From positions 90,001-122,000 of the forward strand of contig NZ_FNLK01000008.1 in NCBI RefSeq assembly GCF_900105015.1: 32,000 bases of DNA, read 5' to 3'. This stretch comes from Schaalia meyeri. Lineage in GTDB: Bacteria; Actinomycetota; Actinomycetes; Actinomycetales; Actinomycetaceae. Positions 15,838-25,080 of the stretch are shown piece by piece; within the stretch, counting starts at the first letter, position 1, and every line of letters begins with the position of its first letter. Below the pieces are notes generated by a model. It was not told the origin of the DNA. It searched no databases and saw only the letters and a program-made list of their open reading frames with translations. A program made the translations under genes and the position numbers.

Positions 15838-16325
15838 GCACCCAAATCGCACCCCGTCCCCGGGCGGCGCAGCAGCCCTCCCGTCGCCCGGTCACCGGGC
15901 CGCGTTCCCGCCGTCCCGCCCCCTCCTCGCCCTTCCGCTGGAGGCGCGACTCGCCTTTCCCGGGCGTTGCCCGCGATGGCGCGCCCCGCGTCCACAATTC
16001 CTTCACGGCCCGAAATGACCTGCCCGATCCCGGGCCGTGGGCGGCCACCCTCGCGGGCGCCATCGTCGAGGTCGTCACGGGCGTCCGGCAGGCGCAGCAA
16101 CTGCGCCGGTGGCTCCTCCCCGACCTTTACGCCGCCCTGACCGCCGTGCGGCTGTCCCCGTGCGCGCGCGGCACCACCCCCGTCCACGTGCGCACCTGCC
16201 CCATCGACGAGAGAAAAACGGAAGCGGCCGTCATCGTCTCCACGGCCTCACGCACCTACGCCCTGGCTCTGCGCCTCGAGGAGTACCGCGGGCGTTGGAT
16301 GACCACCGCCCTTGAACTCGCCTAG
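15834..16325 (+). CDS. Rv3235-family protein (Arg/Pro-rich N-terminus)
   Basis: ATG 15834 overlaps the LysM stop (ATGA). The pattern EVVTGVRQAQQLRRWLLPDLYAAL...AVIVSTASRTYALALRLEEYRGRWMTTALEL fits my recollection of the Rv3235 family, which is found next to secA in actinobacteria. Confidence 0.65.
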   Translation: MSTQIAPRPRAAQQPSRRPVTGPRSRRPAPSSPFRWRRDSPFPGVARDGAPRVHNSFTARNDLPDPGPWAATLAGAIVEVVTGVRQAQQLRRWLLPDLYAALTAVRLSPCARGTTPVHVRTCPIDERKTEAAVIVSTASRTYALALRLEEYRGRWMTTALELA

Positions 16326-16351
16326 GATGCGGCCTTGGGCGCGTGGAATCC

Positions 16352-16385
16352 AAAAGGGTGAGGGGTTCGCGCGAACCCCTCACCC
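16352..16385 (-). terminator. Intrinsic terminator of secA; the hairpin is shared with the convergent plus-strand gene
   Basis: Near-perfect inverted repeat GGGTGAGGGGTTCGCG/CGCGAACCCCTCACCC (16356-16385). The minus strand follows it with TTTT (16355-16352). It lies 13 nt downstream of the secA stop. Confidence 0.7.
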
Positions 16386-16397
16386 GCATGCCTCCGC

Positions 16398-19247
16398 TCA
16401 GCGGCGGCGGCGCTTCTTGGCGGCAGCCCGGCGCTCCGCGCGGTTGCCCTGAGACTGAGACGGCGACGCGGCTGACTCGCTACTGCCCTCCGCGGACGTG
16501 TACCGCACGCGGGTCGGAGCCTTCTCGCGCCCCACGGTGCCCATGACCAAACGGGCGTGAGCCACGGCCTCACGCGCGGCCTCGGAGGCCGCAGACTCGG
16601 CGGCGGCCACGGCCTCGACGCTGGGCTCGTCCCCGTCAGTCTCCGAGGAAGAGGGGGCGATGGTCGCGTGTGCGATCGAACCGCCAGCTTCTTCCTCCGC
16701 GGATGCGAGGGCGCGCTCGAACTGCTTGGCGAAACTGAACACCTGCTGGACGGACTCCTCGCGGATGCGCTCGACCATCGCCTGGAACATCTGCGCGCCC
16801 TCGTCCTTGTATTCGACGAGAGGATCACGCTGACCCATCGCGCGCAGGCCGATGCCTTCCTTCAGGTAGTCCATCTCGTACAGGTGCTCGCGCCACAGCC
16901 GATCCACCACGGAGATCACGACGCGACGTTCGAGCGTGCGCATGGGCTCCTCGCCCAGCTGCGCCTGCGCCAGCGGATTCGCCTCCAGGCGCTCCTCGGT
17001 GTCGGCGTACACCGCCTGGATGTCGCCAACCAGCTCGGTCACCAGGTCATCGCGGACCAGGGAGGAGGCGCCACCGTGCTCCTCCTCGACCTCGCTGATC
17101 GACACCGACGGCGGGTAGTAGGCGCGAAGGTTCTCCCACAGGGCCTTCAGATCCCACTCGTCGACCGCCTTACCCGCGATCGCCTCATCGACCAGGCCGG
17201 TCACCAGCGATTCCATGAAGGAGCGCATCTGGGGGGCCATGTCCTCACCCTCCAGAACCTTGCGGCGCTCGCCGTAGATCGTCTCGCGCTGACCCGTCAT
17301 CACGTCGTCGTACTTCAGGACGTTCTTACGGATCTCAAAGTTACGGGCCTCGACCTGGTGCTGCGCCGACGCAATCGAGCGCGACACCATGCGATTCTCC
17401 AGCGGCAGATCCTCCGGATACGCGCCCGAAGCCATGATGCGCTGGGCCATACCCGAATTGAACAGGCGCATCAGGTCGTCTTCCATGGACAGGTAGAAGC
17501 GGGACTCGCCCGGGTCACCTTGACGTCCGCTACGACCACGCAGCTGGTTGTCGATGCGCCTCGACTCGTGGCGCTCGGAGCCCAGCACGTACAAGCCGCC
17601 CAGCTCGCGCACCTCCTCGCGCTCGGCCTCGACGGCCTCCTCCGCGGCCTCCAGCGCCTTGGGCCACGCCTCGCGATACTCCTCGGGATTCTCCTTGGGA
17701 TCCAACCCCTCGGCCTGAAGGTTCGCCTGCGCCAGGAACTCCGAGTTACCACCCAGCATGATGTCGGTACCACGACCAGCCATGTTGGTCGCAACCGTGA
17801 CCGCGCCCTTGCGACCGGCCATCGCGACCACGGCCGCCTCGCGGGCGTGCTGCTTGGCGTTGAGTACCTGGTGCGGGATGTGCTTCTTCTTGAGCATCTG
17901 GGACAAAAGCTCAGACTTTTCGACAGACGCCGTGCCGATCAGGACGGGCTGGCCCGCCTCGTGGCGCTCGACCACGTCCTCGATGATCGCGTTGAGCTTG
18001 CCCTCCTCCGTCGGGTAAACCAGGTCGGGCTGATCCTTGCGAATCATCGGCTTGTTCGTGGGGATCGGGATAACGTCGATCTTGTAGGTCGAGGCAAACT
18101 CGGCGGCCTCGGTCTCGGCCGTGCCCGTCATGCCCGAACGCGACCCCTCCGGATAGAGGCGGAAGTAGTTCTGCAGGGTGATCGTCGCGAGCGTCTGGTT
18201 CTCGGCCTTGATCTCGACGCCTTCCTTGGCCTCAATCGCCTGGTGCATGCCATCGTTATAGCGGCGACCGGGCAGCACGCGGCCCGTGTGCTCATCGACG
18301 ATGAGAATCTCCCCCGCGTCGACGATGTAGTCGCGATCCTTGAAGAACAGTTCCTTCGCGCGGATCGCGTTGTTGAGGAAGCCGATCAGCGGGGTATTCG
18401 CGGCCTCGTAGAGGTTCTCCACGCCCAGCTGATCCTCAACCTTGTCGATGCCCGGCTCCAAGATGCCGACAGTCTTCTTCTTCTCGTCAACCTCGTAGTC
18501 CTCGTCCCGCTTGAGCAGGCGCGAAATGCGGGCAAACTCCGTGTACCAGCGGTTCAGGTCCCCGTCCGCCGGGCCGGAAATAATGAGGGGGGTACGGGCC
18601 TCGTCAATGAGAATGGAGTCGACCTCATCAACGATAACGAAGGCGTGACCGCGCTGAACCATGTCCTCGGGCACCTGCGCCATGTTGTCGCGCAGATAGT
18701 CGAAACCGAACTCGTTGTTCGTGCCGTAGGTGATGTCGCACGCGTACATCTCGCGGCGCTGCGCCGGCGTCTGCCCGACCAGGACGCAGCCGCAGCTCAC
18801 GCCCAGGAAACTGTAGACGCGGCTCATCAGATCCGACTGGTACTTTGCCAGGTAGTCGTTGACCGTCACGACGTGCACGCCCTTGCCGGTCAGCGCCCGC
18901 AGGTAGGAGGGCATCGTGGCGACCAGCGTCTTTCCTTCGCCGGTCTTCATTTCCGCGATCCTGCCCTGGTGCAGGGCGATCCCGCCCATGACCTGAACGT
19001 GGAACGGGCGCATGCGCAGGATACGCCACGCGGCCTCGCGAACCGTGGCGAACGCCTCCACCAGGATGTCGTCGAGGGTCTCCCCCTCCTCCAGGCGGTC
19101 CTTGAACTCCTGGGTCTTGGCCTGCAGCTCCTCGTCCGTTAAAGCCTCGAAGTCCTCCTGCATGGCATCCACCTGCGACGCGAGCCGATCCAGCTTGCGC
19201 AGCATCCGGCCTTCGCCCGCGCGAAGAATCTTGTCAATAATCGACAC
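16398..19247 (-). CDS. secA: Preprotein translocase ATPase SecA
   Basis: 949 aa. It starts [13 protein letters not shown] and carries MKTGEGKTL (Walker A), [20 protein letters not shown] (DEAD-like) and [20 protein letters not shown] start at 19247 with aggag 6 nt upstream. Confidence 0.97.
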   Translation of the reverse strand: MSIIDKILRAGEGRMLRKLDRLASQVDAMQEDFEALTDEELQAKTQEFKDRLEEGETLDDILVEAFATVREAAWRILRMRPFHVQVMGGIALHQGRIAEMKTGEGKTLVATMPSYLRALTGKGVHVVTVNDYLAKYQSDLMSRVYSFLGVSCGCVLVGQTPAQRREMYACDITYGTNNEFGFDYLRDNMAQVPEDMVQRGHAFVIVDEVDSILIDEARTPLIISGPADGDLNRWYTEFARISRLLKRDEDYEVDEKKKTVGILEPGIDKVEDQLGVENLYEAANTPLIGFLNNAIRAKELFFKDRDYIVDAGEILIVDEHTGRVLPGRRYNDGMHQAIEAKEGVEIKAENQTLATITLQNYFRLYPEGSRSGMTGTAETEAAEFASTYKIDVIPIPTNKPMIRKDQPDLVYPTEEGKLNAIIEDVVERHEAGQPVLIGTASVEKSELLSQMLKKKHIPHQVLNAKQHAREAAVVAMAGRKGAVTVATNMAGRGTDIMLGGNSEFLAQANLQAEGLDPKENPEEYREAWPKALEAAEEAVEAEREEVRELGGLYVLGSERHESRRIDNQLRGRSGRQGDPGESRFYLSMEDDLMRLFNSGMAQRIMASGAYPEDLPLENRMVSRSIASAQHQVEARNFEIRKNVLKYDDVMTGQRETIYGERRKVLEGEDMAPQMRSFMESLVTGLVDEAIAGKAVDEWDLKALWENLRAYYPPSVSISEVEEEHGGASSLVRDDLVTELVGDIQAVYADTEERLEANPLAQAQLGEEPMRTLERRVVISVVDRLWREHLYEMDYLKEGIGLRAMGQRDPLVEYKDEGAQMFQAMVERIREESVQQVFSFAKQFERALASAEEEAGGSIAHATIAPSSSETDGDEPSVEAVAAAESAASEAAREAVAHARLVMGTVGREKAPTRVRYTSAEGSSESAASPSQSQGNRAERRAAAKKRRRR

Positions 19248-19384
19248 GAAAAGCTCCTGACGTCATCAGCCCGCCCCCCTTGTAGGGCGAACAGTCAAAT
19301 CCATCCATCAGTTTACGAACTAACCGCCCAAAGTGGAAACGCCCGCGCGAACATGGACGCATTTAACGCTCAGAGCGCACACGC

Positions 19385-19427
19385 GTGGCGGTGCCCCAAG
19401 CAAATGCAAAGCTTGGGGCACCGCCAC
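19385..19427 (-). terminator. Long perfect hairpin between hpf and secA (terminator or processing candidate; no U-tract)
   Basis: 17-bp perfect arms, GTGGCGGTGCCCCAAGC (19385-19401) and GCTTGGGGCACCGCCAC (19411-19427), flank a 9-nt loop. It lies 13 nt downstream of the hpf stop. No T-run follows on the minus strand. Confidence 0.4.
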
Positions 19428-19439
19428 ATCGATGAACCG

Positions 19440-20087
19440 TCAGATCGTCGTGTTCAAACGAAGCACACCATACGTCCACCCGTGACGGTGGTAGACGACG
19501 CACGGCTGGTTCGTCTCCTTATCGACGAAGAGGAAGAAGGGGTGACCGACCATCATCATCTGGTCCAGGGCCTCGTCCACACTCATCGGCGGCGCCTCGT
19601 GCACCTTCTGGCGAACGATGATCGGGGTATCGCCCCACTGTTCCTCGCGCGCCTCGCCAACCTTGAGGTCCTCCGCGCTGCGCAACGGCTTCGGAGCTGC
19701 GGGTTCGGGCGCGACCTCCTCTTCAACGATCGGCGCCGCTTCGAGGATATCGGTTTCGGCCAGGTTACGCGGGTAGCGACGGCGGTGGTTCTTCACGCGG
19801 TCACGCAGGCGACGCAGGCGCTCGTACAGCTTGCCGGCGGCGATGTCGACCGCCGCGTAACGGTCCGCGGACTTCGCCTCGGCACGAATGACCGGTCCCT
19901 TGCCGTAGACGGTCAGCTCAATGCGCTCGGCGGTGTCGGCCTGGCGGGGGTTACGTTCGTGAGTCAGCTCGACATCCACGCGCTGGGCCCGCGGATAGAA
20001 CTGAGTAATCTTCGAAACCTTCTCCTCCACGTATGCCCGGAAATTCGGGTGAATCTCAGCATTACGTGCAACGACGATGATGTCCAT
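19440..20087 (-). CDS. hpf: Ribosome hibernation promoting factor (long HPF)
   Basis: Internal ATG (20085-20087) with ggagga upstream. The N-terminal S30AE domain reads MDIIVVARNAEIHPNFRAYVEEKVSKI. The C-terminal dimerisation domain reads IVRQKVHEAPPMSVDEALDQMMMVGHPFFLFVDKETNQPCVVYHRHGWTYGVL. Confidence 0.9.
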   Translation of the reverse strand: MDIIVVARNAEIHPNFRAYVEEKVSKITQFYPRAQRVDVELTHERNPRQADTAERIELTVYGKGPVIRAEAKSADRYAAVDIAAGKLYERLRRLRDRVKNHRRRYPRNLAETDILEAAPIVEEEVAPEPAAPKPLRSAEDLKVGEAREEQWGDTPIIVRQKVHEAPPMSVDEALDQMMMVGHPFFLFVDKETNQPCVVYHRHGWTYGVLRLNTTI

Positions 20088-20237
20088 GTGTTTCCTCCAT
20101 GGTGTGCGGCGGGCGCCCTCGCCCGCGGGTGGGAATTGTTCGGTGCTCACTGCCCGAACCGTGCTCTGAGCTATCACCTCCCGCACGCGGCGCGAGCAGC
20201 GTACGCACCGCTCACGCTATCGAAAGACCGTACCGAT

Positions 20238-20266
20238 ACTATACCCCATACCGTGATCTGCGTCAT
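20238..20266 (-). promoter_or_regulatory. Candidate promoter ATGACG-N17-TATAGT for hpf
   Basis: The minus strand reads ATGACGcagatcacggtatggggTATAGT. The -35 is at 20266-20261 and the -10 at 20243-20238, overlapping the comF stop. This implies a leader of about 145 nt. Confidence 0.35.
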
Positions 20267-21006
20267 GAGGTAAGCCCGGGGCGGCACAGGGCCGCAACAC
20301 CGTCGAGCCCACCCAAGACTCGCTCCATTTCGCGGATCGTCGCACCCGTTGTCACCACGTCGTCCACCGCGATGACCCGCACATTGCCGCGCGGTGTCAC
20401 GAGGGCACGCATGGCCCCCATGCGACCGACCATCCGCTGCGGCCCCGCCTTACCCGACTGCGAGGTCGCCCCCACGCGCAGGCGCACGGCATCGACCACC
20501 CGCACGCGCACTCCCTCCCGGCCGTGCGACGCCAACCCGCGTGCCACCGCCCGGGCGAGCGGCATCGCCACCTGCCTGCCGCGCATGCGCCGCTTCCACG
20601 ACGACGGAGCGGGCACCACCCACACCTGCGACTCCGACGCGCTAAACGCTGAGGACCGCCCCGCCCGCGCCTCTTCGCCGGAGGAAGGCTCCAGGCCCAA
20701 CACCGCACACAGGGACGCGCCCAGGCGAACCCCTGCCCGGTCCAGAAAGTCCGTCACGTCGGCGCGAGGGGAGTGCTTGGCGCTCAAAACGATTCTCCGC
20801 AGGGGATCGGAGTAGTCCCCCAGGACCACCCCGGGCACGACGCCGCGCCTCCCCTCCAGCGACATCGGCAGCGGCTCGCGGTCAGCGAGCGACCGGCACG
20901 ACGGACACAGGGCCTGATCCCACGCGCGGCAACCCGCGCACTGCACCGGCAGCAACGCGCCGAGAAAACCCTGTGCGAGATCGCTACAAGCGCGCAGGAC
21001 GACCAC
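20263..21006 (-). CDS. ComF-family protein (phosphoribosyltransferase domain)
   Basis: It has an N-terminal Cys cluster (CAGCRAWDQALCPSCRS) and the C-terminal PRTase motif VIAVDDVVTTGATIRE. GTG start 21006 is 1 nt after the lpqB stop. Confidence 0.8.
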   Translation of the reverse strand: MVVLRACSDLAQGFLGALLPVQCAGCRAWDQALCPSCRSLADREPLPMSLEGRRGVVPGVVLGDYSDPLRRIVLSAKHSPRADVTDFLDRAGVRLGASLCAVLGLEPSSGEEARAGRSSAFSASESQVWVVPAPSSWKRRMRGRQVAMPLARAVARGLASHGREGVRVRVVDAVRLRVGATSQSGKAGPQRMVGRMGAMRALVTPRGNVRVIAVDDVVTTGATIREMERVLGGLDGVAALCRPGLTS

Positions 21007-21007
21007 C

Positions 21008-22657
21008 TCACCCCGCGTATCGGGCCGAAGTGAACCCCTCCGGGGCGTTCTGCCACAACGCCCCCGAGCGAACCAACACCTGTTGATTGCCCTCCTCGTC
21101 CGTCCCCGTGATGACGACTGACGAGAACGAGGCGCCCGCGCTCATTGACGTCACGCGGATCGGCAGCGACACGGCGGCGGGAAGGCCGCCCAGGGGCATT
21201 GTCACCAGTTGATCGTCCCCGCCGCCGGCATCGCGGGCTACGAAGACCAGGCCCGTCGATGTCGTCCAGGATGCGTCGATGACCGACCCGCGTTCGAGGG
21301 TAATCTTCTCGAGGGAACGCACCACCTGCGGGCGCCCGTCCGCGCCCCGCTCGACGACGCCGACCCACGCGCCGGGTTCGTTCCCGCGGATGACCAGGGC
21401 GCGCGTCCCGTCGGGCGAGATGCGCACCGCGCGAATCTCCCCCGCGCTCTTTGACTCGATGTCCACGGTAAACGCGCCGTCTGATCCGCCCCCGACACTC
21501 ACCGACGACGAGGAAAGGGCAGGCCCCCACACCCACCCGTAGCGGTCCACCGAGGGGCCCAGGGGCGCGTTCCCCGGCAGGAAAGCAACCGACGTTTCGG
21601 CGCGCTGCGCGTAAACGCCGTCGGCGCCGCTCCACGCGACCAGCGAGGAATCCACCGGGGACACCGTCGGATTCGACGCATCCGACACTCCGCCCAGGTT
21701 CGTCACGCCCGAGGCCGACACGATCCCCACTCCGTCCGGTCCCGCGCCCACCAGCGTGTCCAGGGAATACGCGGGCACGGACGGAATCCCGCGGGACTCC
21801 AGGACTTCCCCGGAGAGGGTAACGCTCACCTGCGACACGTCCCCCGCCTGGGTGAGCGTGCGGGTCAGCTCCCACAAAAGACTGGCCCGCGCCCCCTCGG
21901 TCGTGGGCATGACGGCGTTTAGCTCGACGCGCGCCACCCCGTCGTTGACCTCCACGCCGTGGGAGGGAACCGTCGTCCCGGCGGGAATCGCGTTCGCCGC
22001 CACGGAAGCCAGGGACTGGCTGGGTCCCGCCACCAGGCCCGCCAGCAGGTGCGAGGCCAGGCGCCGCGAGGGGTACCAGCGCGGATCCGCTACCAGGTCC
22101 GTCCCCTCTGCCGTTGGGAAATAAAGATTAACGAGCGAATACAGGGCCGTGAAGGCAGCCCGGCTCATGAGGACGAGGTTGTCGGGGGCGTTGATCCGCC
22201 ACTGGCCGTTCTCGCGCACGAGGCTGAAGGTACGCGACACGGTCGAGGCATCGGCACGCGTGAGAAAGCCCGACGCATCGATGCTGGCCACGCCCAGGAC
22301 GGACACAGTCACCTCGACCCCGGAGTCGCTCTCGGAACCCGCGGTGACCGACGGTGCGGTGTCCGTGTCGTAGACGAGGATTTCGGTCTCCGGCTGCCAC
22401 GCGCGCGCCGAGGCCGAGCTGAGGAACAGCCGCGCCGTCGCATAGTCGTCCTGCGGGCCTGCCGCGCACGCCAGCAGGAAGTCGCTGACCAGGGTCTCGG
22501 CGTCGGACCCATCTGCGGGGCCCTCCGCAGAGAACTGGACACCGCTGCCGTCGCGCGCGGACACGTCGAAGGGGGCGGGCGCCGAGGAGGTGGGCAGCGA
22601 CGCGCAACCCGCGAGCGCCAGGACAAGGGCGGCGATAAGGACAATGGGTTTTCTCAT
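21008..22657 (-). CDS. lpqB: Lipoprotein LpqB
   Basis: ATG 22657 overlaps the mtrB stop (ATGA). The signal peptide with lipobox reads MRKPIVLIAALVLALAGC. Its position after mtrAB is canonical. Confidence 0.85.
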   Translation of the reverse strand: MRKPIVLIAALVLALAGCASLPTSSAPAPFDVSARDGSGVQFSAEGPADGSDAETLVSDFLLACAAGPQDDYATARLFLSSASARAWQPETEILVYDTDTAPSVTAGSESDSGVEVTVSVLGVASIDASGFLTRADASTVSRTFSLVRENGQWRINAPDNLVLMSRAAFTALYSLVNLYFPTAEGTDLVADPRWYPSRRLASHLLAGLVAGPSQSLASVAANAIPAGTTVPSHGVEVNDGVARVELNAVMPTTEGARASLLWELTRTLTQAGDVSQVSVTLSGEVLESRGIPSVPAYSLDTLVGAGPDGVGIVSASGVTNLGGVSDASNPTVSPVDSSLVAWSGADGVYAQRAETSVAFLPGNAPLGPSVDRYGWVWGPALSSSSVSVGGGSDGAFTVDIESKSAGEIRAVRISPDGTRALVIRGNEPGAWVGVVERGADGRPQVVRSLEKITLERGSVIDASWTTSTGLVFVARDAGGGDDQLVTMPLGGLPAAVSLPIRVTSMSAGASFSSVVITGTDEEGNQQVLVRSGALWQNAPEGFTSARYAG

Positions 22658-24282
22658 CCGTCCTCCCACAGGGGAAGTGGCCAGCTGGCGACCTGCGCCC
22701 CGGCCTGCTTGGGTAGGGTCATGACGAAGGAGGCTCCCCGTCCAGGTTCGCCCCGGGCCTGGAGCACTCCGCCGTGAATCACGACGTCCTCCTTCGCGAT
22801 CGCGAGGCCCAGGCCCGTTCCTCCGGTCGTGCGCGCCCTGGCGGTGTCAGCCCGGTAGAACCGATCGAAGACGTGGTCGGCAACCTCCTGGGTCATGCCG
22901 ACCCCGCGGTCGCGCACGCGGCACGCGACGTCCGTTTCGCTGGCGGCTACCGTGATCGTCACGTCGGTACCGTCGGCATGCTCAATGGCGTTGACGACCA
23001 GATTTCGGATGACTCGTTCGATGCGGCGCTCGTCGATCTCGGCGGTAGCGGGCACGGGGGCCACGATCTGAACGCTCACCCCCTGACACTGAGCGAGGTC
23101 GGCGCAGCCTGCGACGACGCGCGCGATGACCGGTCTCAGGTCACGTTCCTCCGCATCCAACAGCGCGCTGGCCGCGTCGTACCGGGAGATTTCCAGCAGG
23201 TCCGCGAGCATCTGCTCCATGCGCTCGGTCTGGTCGTGCAAGAGCTCGGCGGAGCGCCGGGCGTGGGCAGGCAGGTTCTCGCGGTTGTCCCAGACGATGT
23301 CCTCGGCCATGCGGATCGTCGTCAGGGGGGTGCGCAGCTCGTGGGAGACGTCGGAGACGAAGCGCTGCTGCAGCTTGGCGAGCTCGTCGTACCTGGAGAT
23401 CGTGTCCTGCAGGGACGAGGTCATCGCGTTGAACGCCCTCCCGAGGTCGGCCATCTCGTCGTCGCCTCGCACGTTGACGCGCACGTCAAGGTCTCCCTTC
23501 GAGGCCTTCGTCGCGGCCTGGGCGGTGACGCGCACGGGCAGGAGCAGCCGGTGCAGCAGCGCGAACACGCCGATCGGTAGCGCGACGACGAGCGGCAGGG
23601 CGGACAGGGTCAGTACCCTCAGGACGACATCGACCTGTGCCTGGTCGGTGGACAGGGAGTAGAGGATGTAGAGCTCGTGGGTGCCGGCGCGCGGCAGCTG
23701 CACCTGGGCGCCGACGAGGATCCCCGGTCCCTCCTTGTCCCCACCGCTCGAGCGGATCCCGACCGACTGCCACTGGGCGTCTCCCCCGGACACGGCGGCC
23801 CGCATCTGCGGGGTGATGAGGGTGCGCATCTGCTCGTCCTCGATCTGGTTGATACGCAACGAAGCCGTGGCGTCTTCCGACCGAAGCAGGGCGACGTTGG
23901 TCGCTCCCGCGCCGGCCGCCGAGGCCTTGAGCGAGGCCAGCGCGCTGCGCGCCGATTCCTGCACCTGCTCGGGGGAGGAGGCCGTGGACGAGGAGAACAC
24001 GGACTGTGCGGAGGAGAATCGAAGCGACGCGTCGGACAGGATCGCGTCCTTGCGTGTCTCAAACATCGACGTGCGCAGCTGGGATGCGATGATCACCCCG
24101 AAGACCAGGAGAATGATCAGCGCCGCAAACGTGATCGCCAGGGCGAGCCTGGCGGACAGGGAGTGACGGATGCGCCGCGCGAGGTGCGAAGAGGAGAGAA
24201 GCCTCCACGGCGCCGACAGCGCCACGGTACGCGCCAGGCGCACCACCGCGCGGCTACGCGCCCGCACCGGCACGGTACCCAA
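22654..24282 (-). CDS. mtrB: Sensor histidine kinase MtrB
   Basis: It has two TMs, a HAMP region, the H-box VSHELRTPLTTIRMAED, an N-box RVIRNLVVNAIEH and a G-box GGTGLGLAIA. The start is uncertain: TTG 24282, GTG 24273 or GTG 24267, and all three overlap the mtrA 3' end. Confidence 0.9.
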   Translation of the reverse strand: MGTVPVRARSRAVVRLARTVALSAPWRLLSSSHLARRIRHSLSARLALAITFAALIILLVFGVIIASQLRTSMFETRKDAILSDASLRFSSAQSVFSSSTASSPEQVQESARSALASLKASAAGAGATNVALLRSEDATASLRINQIEDEQMRTLITPQMRAAVSGGDAQWQSVGIRSSGGDKEGPGILVGAQVQLPRAGTHELYILYSLSTDQAQVDVVLRVLTLSALPLVVALPIGVFALLHRLLLPVRVTAQAATKASKGDLDVRVNVRGDDEMADLGRAFNAMTSSLQDTISRYDELAKLQQRFVSDVSHELRTPLTTIRMAEDIVWDNRENLPAHARRSAELLHDQTERMEQMLADLLEISRYDAASALLDAEERDLRPVIARVVAGCADLAQCQGVSVQIVAPVPATAEIDERRIERVIRNLVVNAIEHADGTDVTITVAASETDVACRVRDRGVGMTQEVADHVFDRFYRADTARARTTGGTGLGLAIAKEDVVIHGGVLQARGEPGRGASFVMTLPKQAGAQVASWPLPLWEDG

Positions 24283-24937
24283 CCCCGCGGACGGTGACGA
24301 CCAGCTCGGGCTTTTCCGGGTCGCGCTCGATCTTTGAGCGCAGGCGCTGCACGTGCACGTTCACGAGCCTCGTGTCGGCGGCATGACGGTATCCCCACAC
24401 CTGTTCGAGCAGCTCTTCTCGTGAAAACACCTTCCATGGCGAACGCGCGAGGGTCACCAGCAGGTCGAATTCCAGGGGTGTCAAGGCGATCGCGAGGCCG
24501 TCGCGCTTGACGATGTGGCCGGCCACGTCGATAGACAGATCCTGCAGGCTGAGCCCCTCGTCAACCTGGCCGTCCTCACGCCCCCTCAGGCGCGCACGGA
24601 CCCGTGCGACCAGCTCCTTTGGCTTAAACGGCTTCGGAACATAGTCGTCGGCACCGGCCTCGAGCCCCGTCACGACGTCGGACGTGTCCGAACGAGCGGT
24701 CAACATAACGATCGGAGCGTCCGAGACGCGTCGAATCGCCCGACAAACGTCGAAGCCATCCATTCCGGGAAGCATCACATCCAGGAGCACCAGGTCCGGA
24801 GTGTTTTCTTGAAACTGAGCTAACGCCTGGGATCCATCGGCACAAAAGACGACGCGGAAGCCCTCGTTCTGGAGGACGATGCCGATCATTTCGGCCAGGG
24901 CGACGTCGTCATCGACGACGAGGATGCGCGAACTCAT
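24254..24937 (-). CDS. mtrA: OmpR-family response regulator MtrA
   Basis: 227 aa. The receiver domain reads SRILVVDDDVALAEMIGIVL...DLVLLDVMLPGMDGFDVCRAIR. A winged-helix C-terminus includes LTPLEFDLLVTLARSPWKVFSREELLEQVWGY. Confidence 0.93.
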   Translation of the reverse strand: MSSRILVVDDDVALAEMIGIVLQNEGFRVVFCADGSQALAQFQENTPDLVLLDVMLPGMDGFDVCRAIRRVSDAPIVMLTARSDTSDVVTGLEAGADDYVPKPFKPKELVARVRARLRGREDGQVDEGLSLQDLSIDVAGHIVKRDGLAIALTPLEFDLLVTLARSPWKVFSREELLEQVWGYRHAADTRLVNVHVQRLRSKIERDPEKPELVVTVRGVGYRAGAGA

Positions 24938-24965
24938 GTCACGATAGTGTCACGAATTCGTCACG
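24938..24965. promoter_or_regulatory. Three direct GTCACG repeats at exact 11-bp spacing (candidate MtrA boxes)
   Basis: GTCACG occurs at 24938-24943, 24949-24954 and 24960-24965. The first copy abuts the mtrA start codon (cat at 24935-24937). Confidence 0.5.
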
Positions 24966-25080
24966 GACGCAGGCGACTCGCGCGGCGATAACTATTTTTC
25001 TAACGGGAACGAGGTTTCGCCGGGTCCCCACGTGTGGCAGGATTGACACCGTACCTGCACCCATCGACTTGGAGGCGCCA

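Noticed and set aside
16356-16385. LexA/SOS-box-like palindrome (GTTCGCGCGAAC)
   Set aside because: The half-site order is GTTC-N4-GAAC, the reverse of the actinobacterial GAAC-N4-GTTC box. It forms the centre of a long hairpin between convergent genes, followed by a T-tract, so it is a terminator.
16557-19142. 861-aa plus-strand ORF
   Set aside because: It is entirely antisense to secA, whose motifs are unambiguous. The translation is Leu/Arg/Val/Gly/His-rich junk, typical of a shadow ORF in high-GC DNA.
20784-21875. 363-aa minus-strand ORF overlapping the 5' end of comF and much of lpqB in another frame
   Set aside because: Its Arg/Gly/Pro-rich composition is implausible. The lpqB frame has the lipobox signal peptide and canonical synteny.
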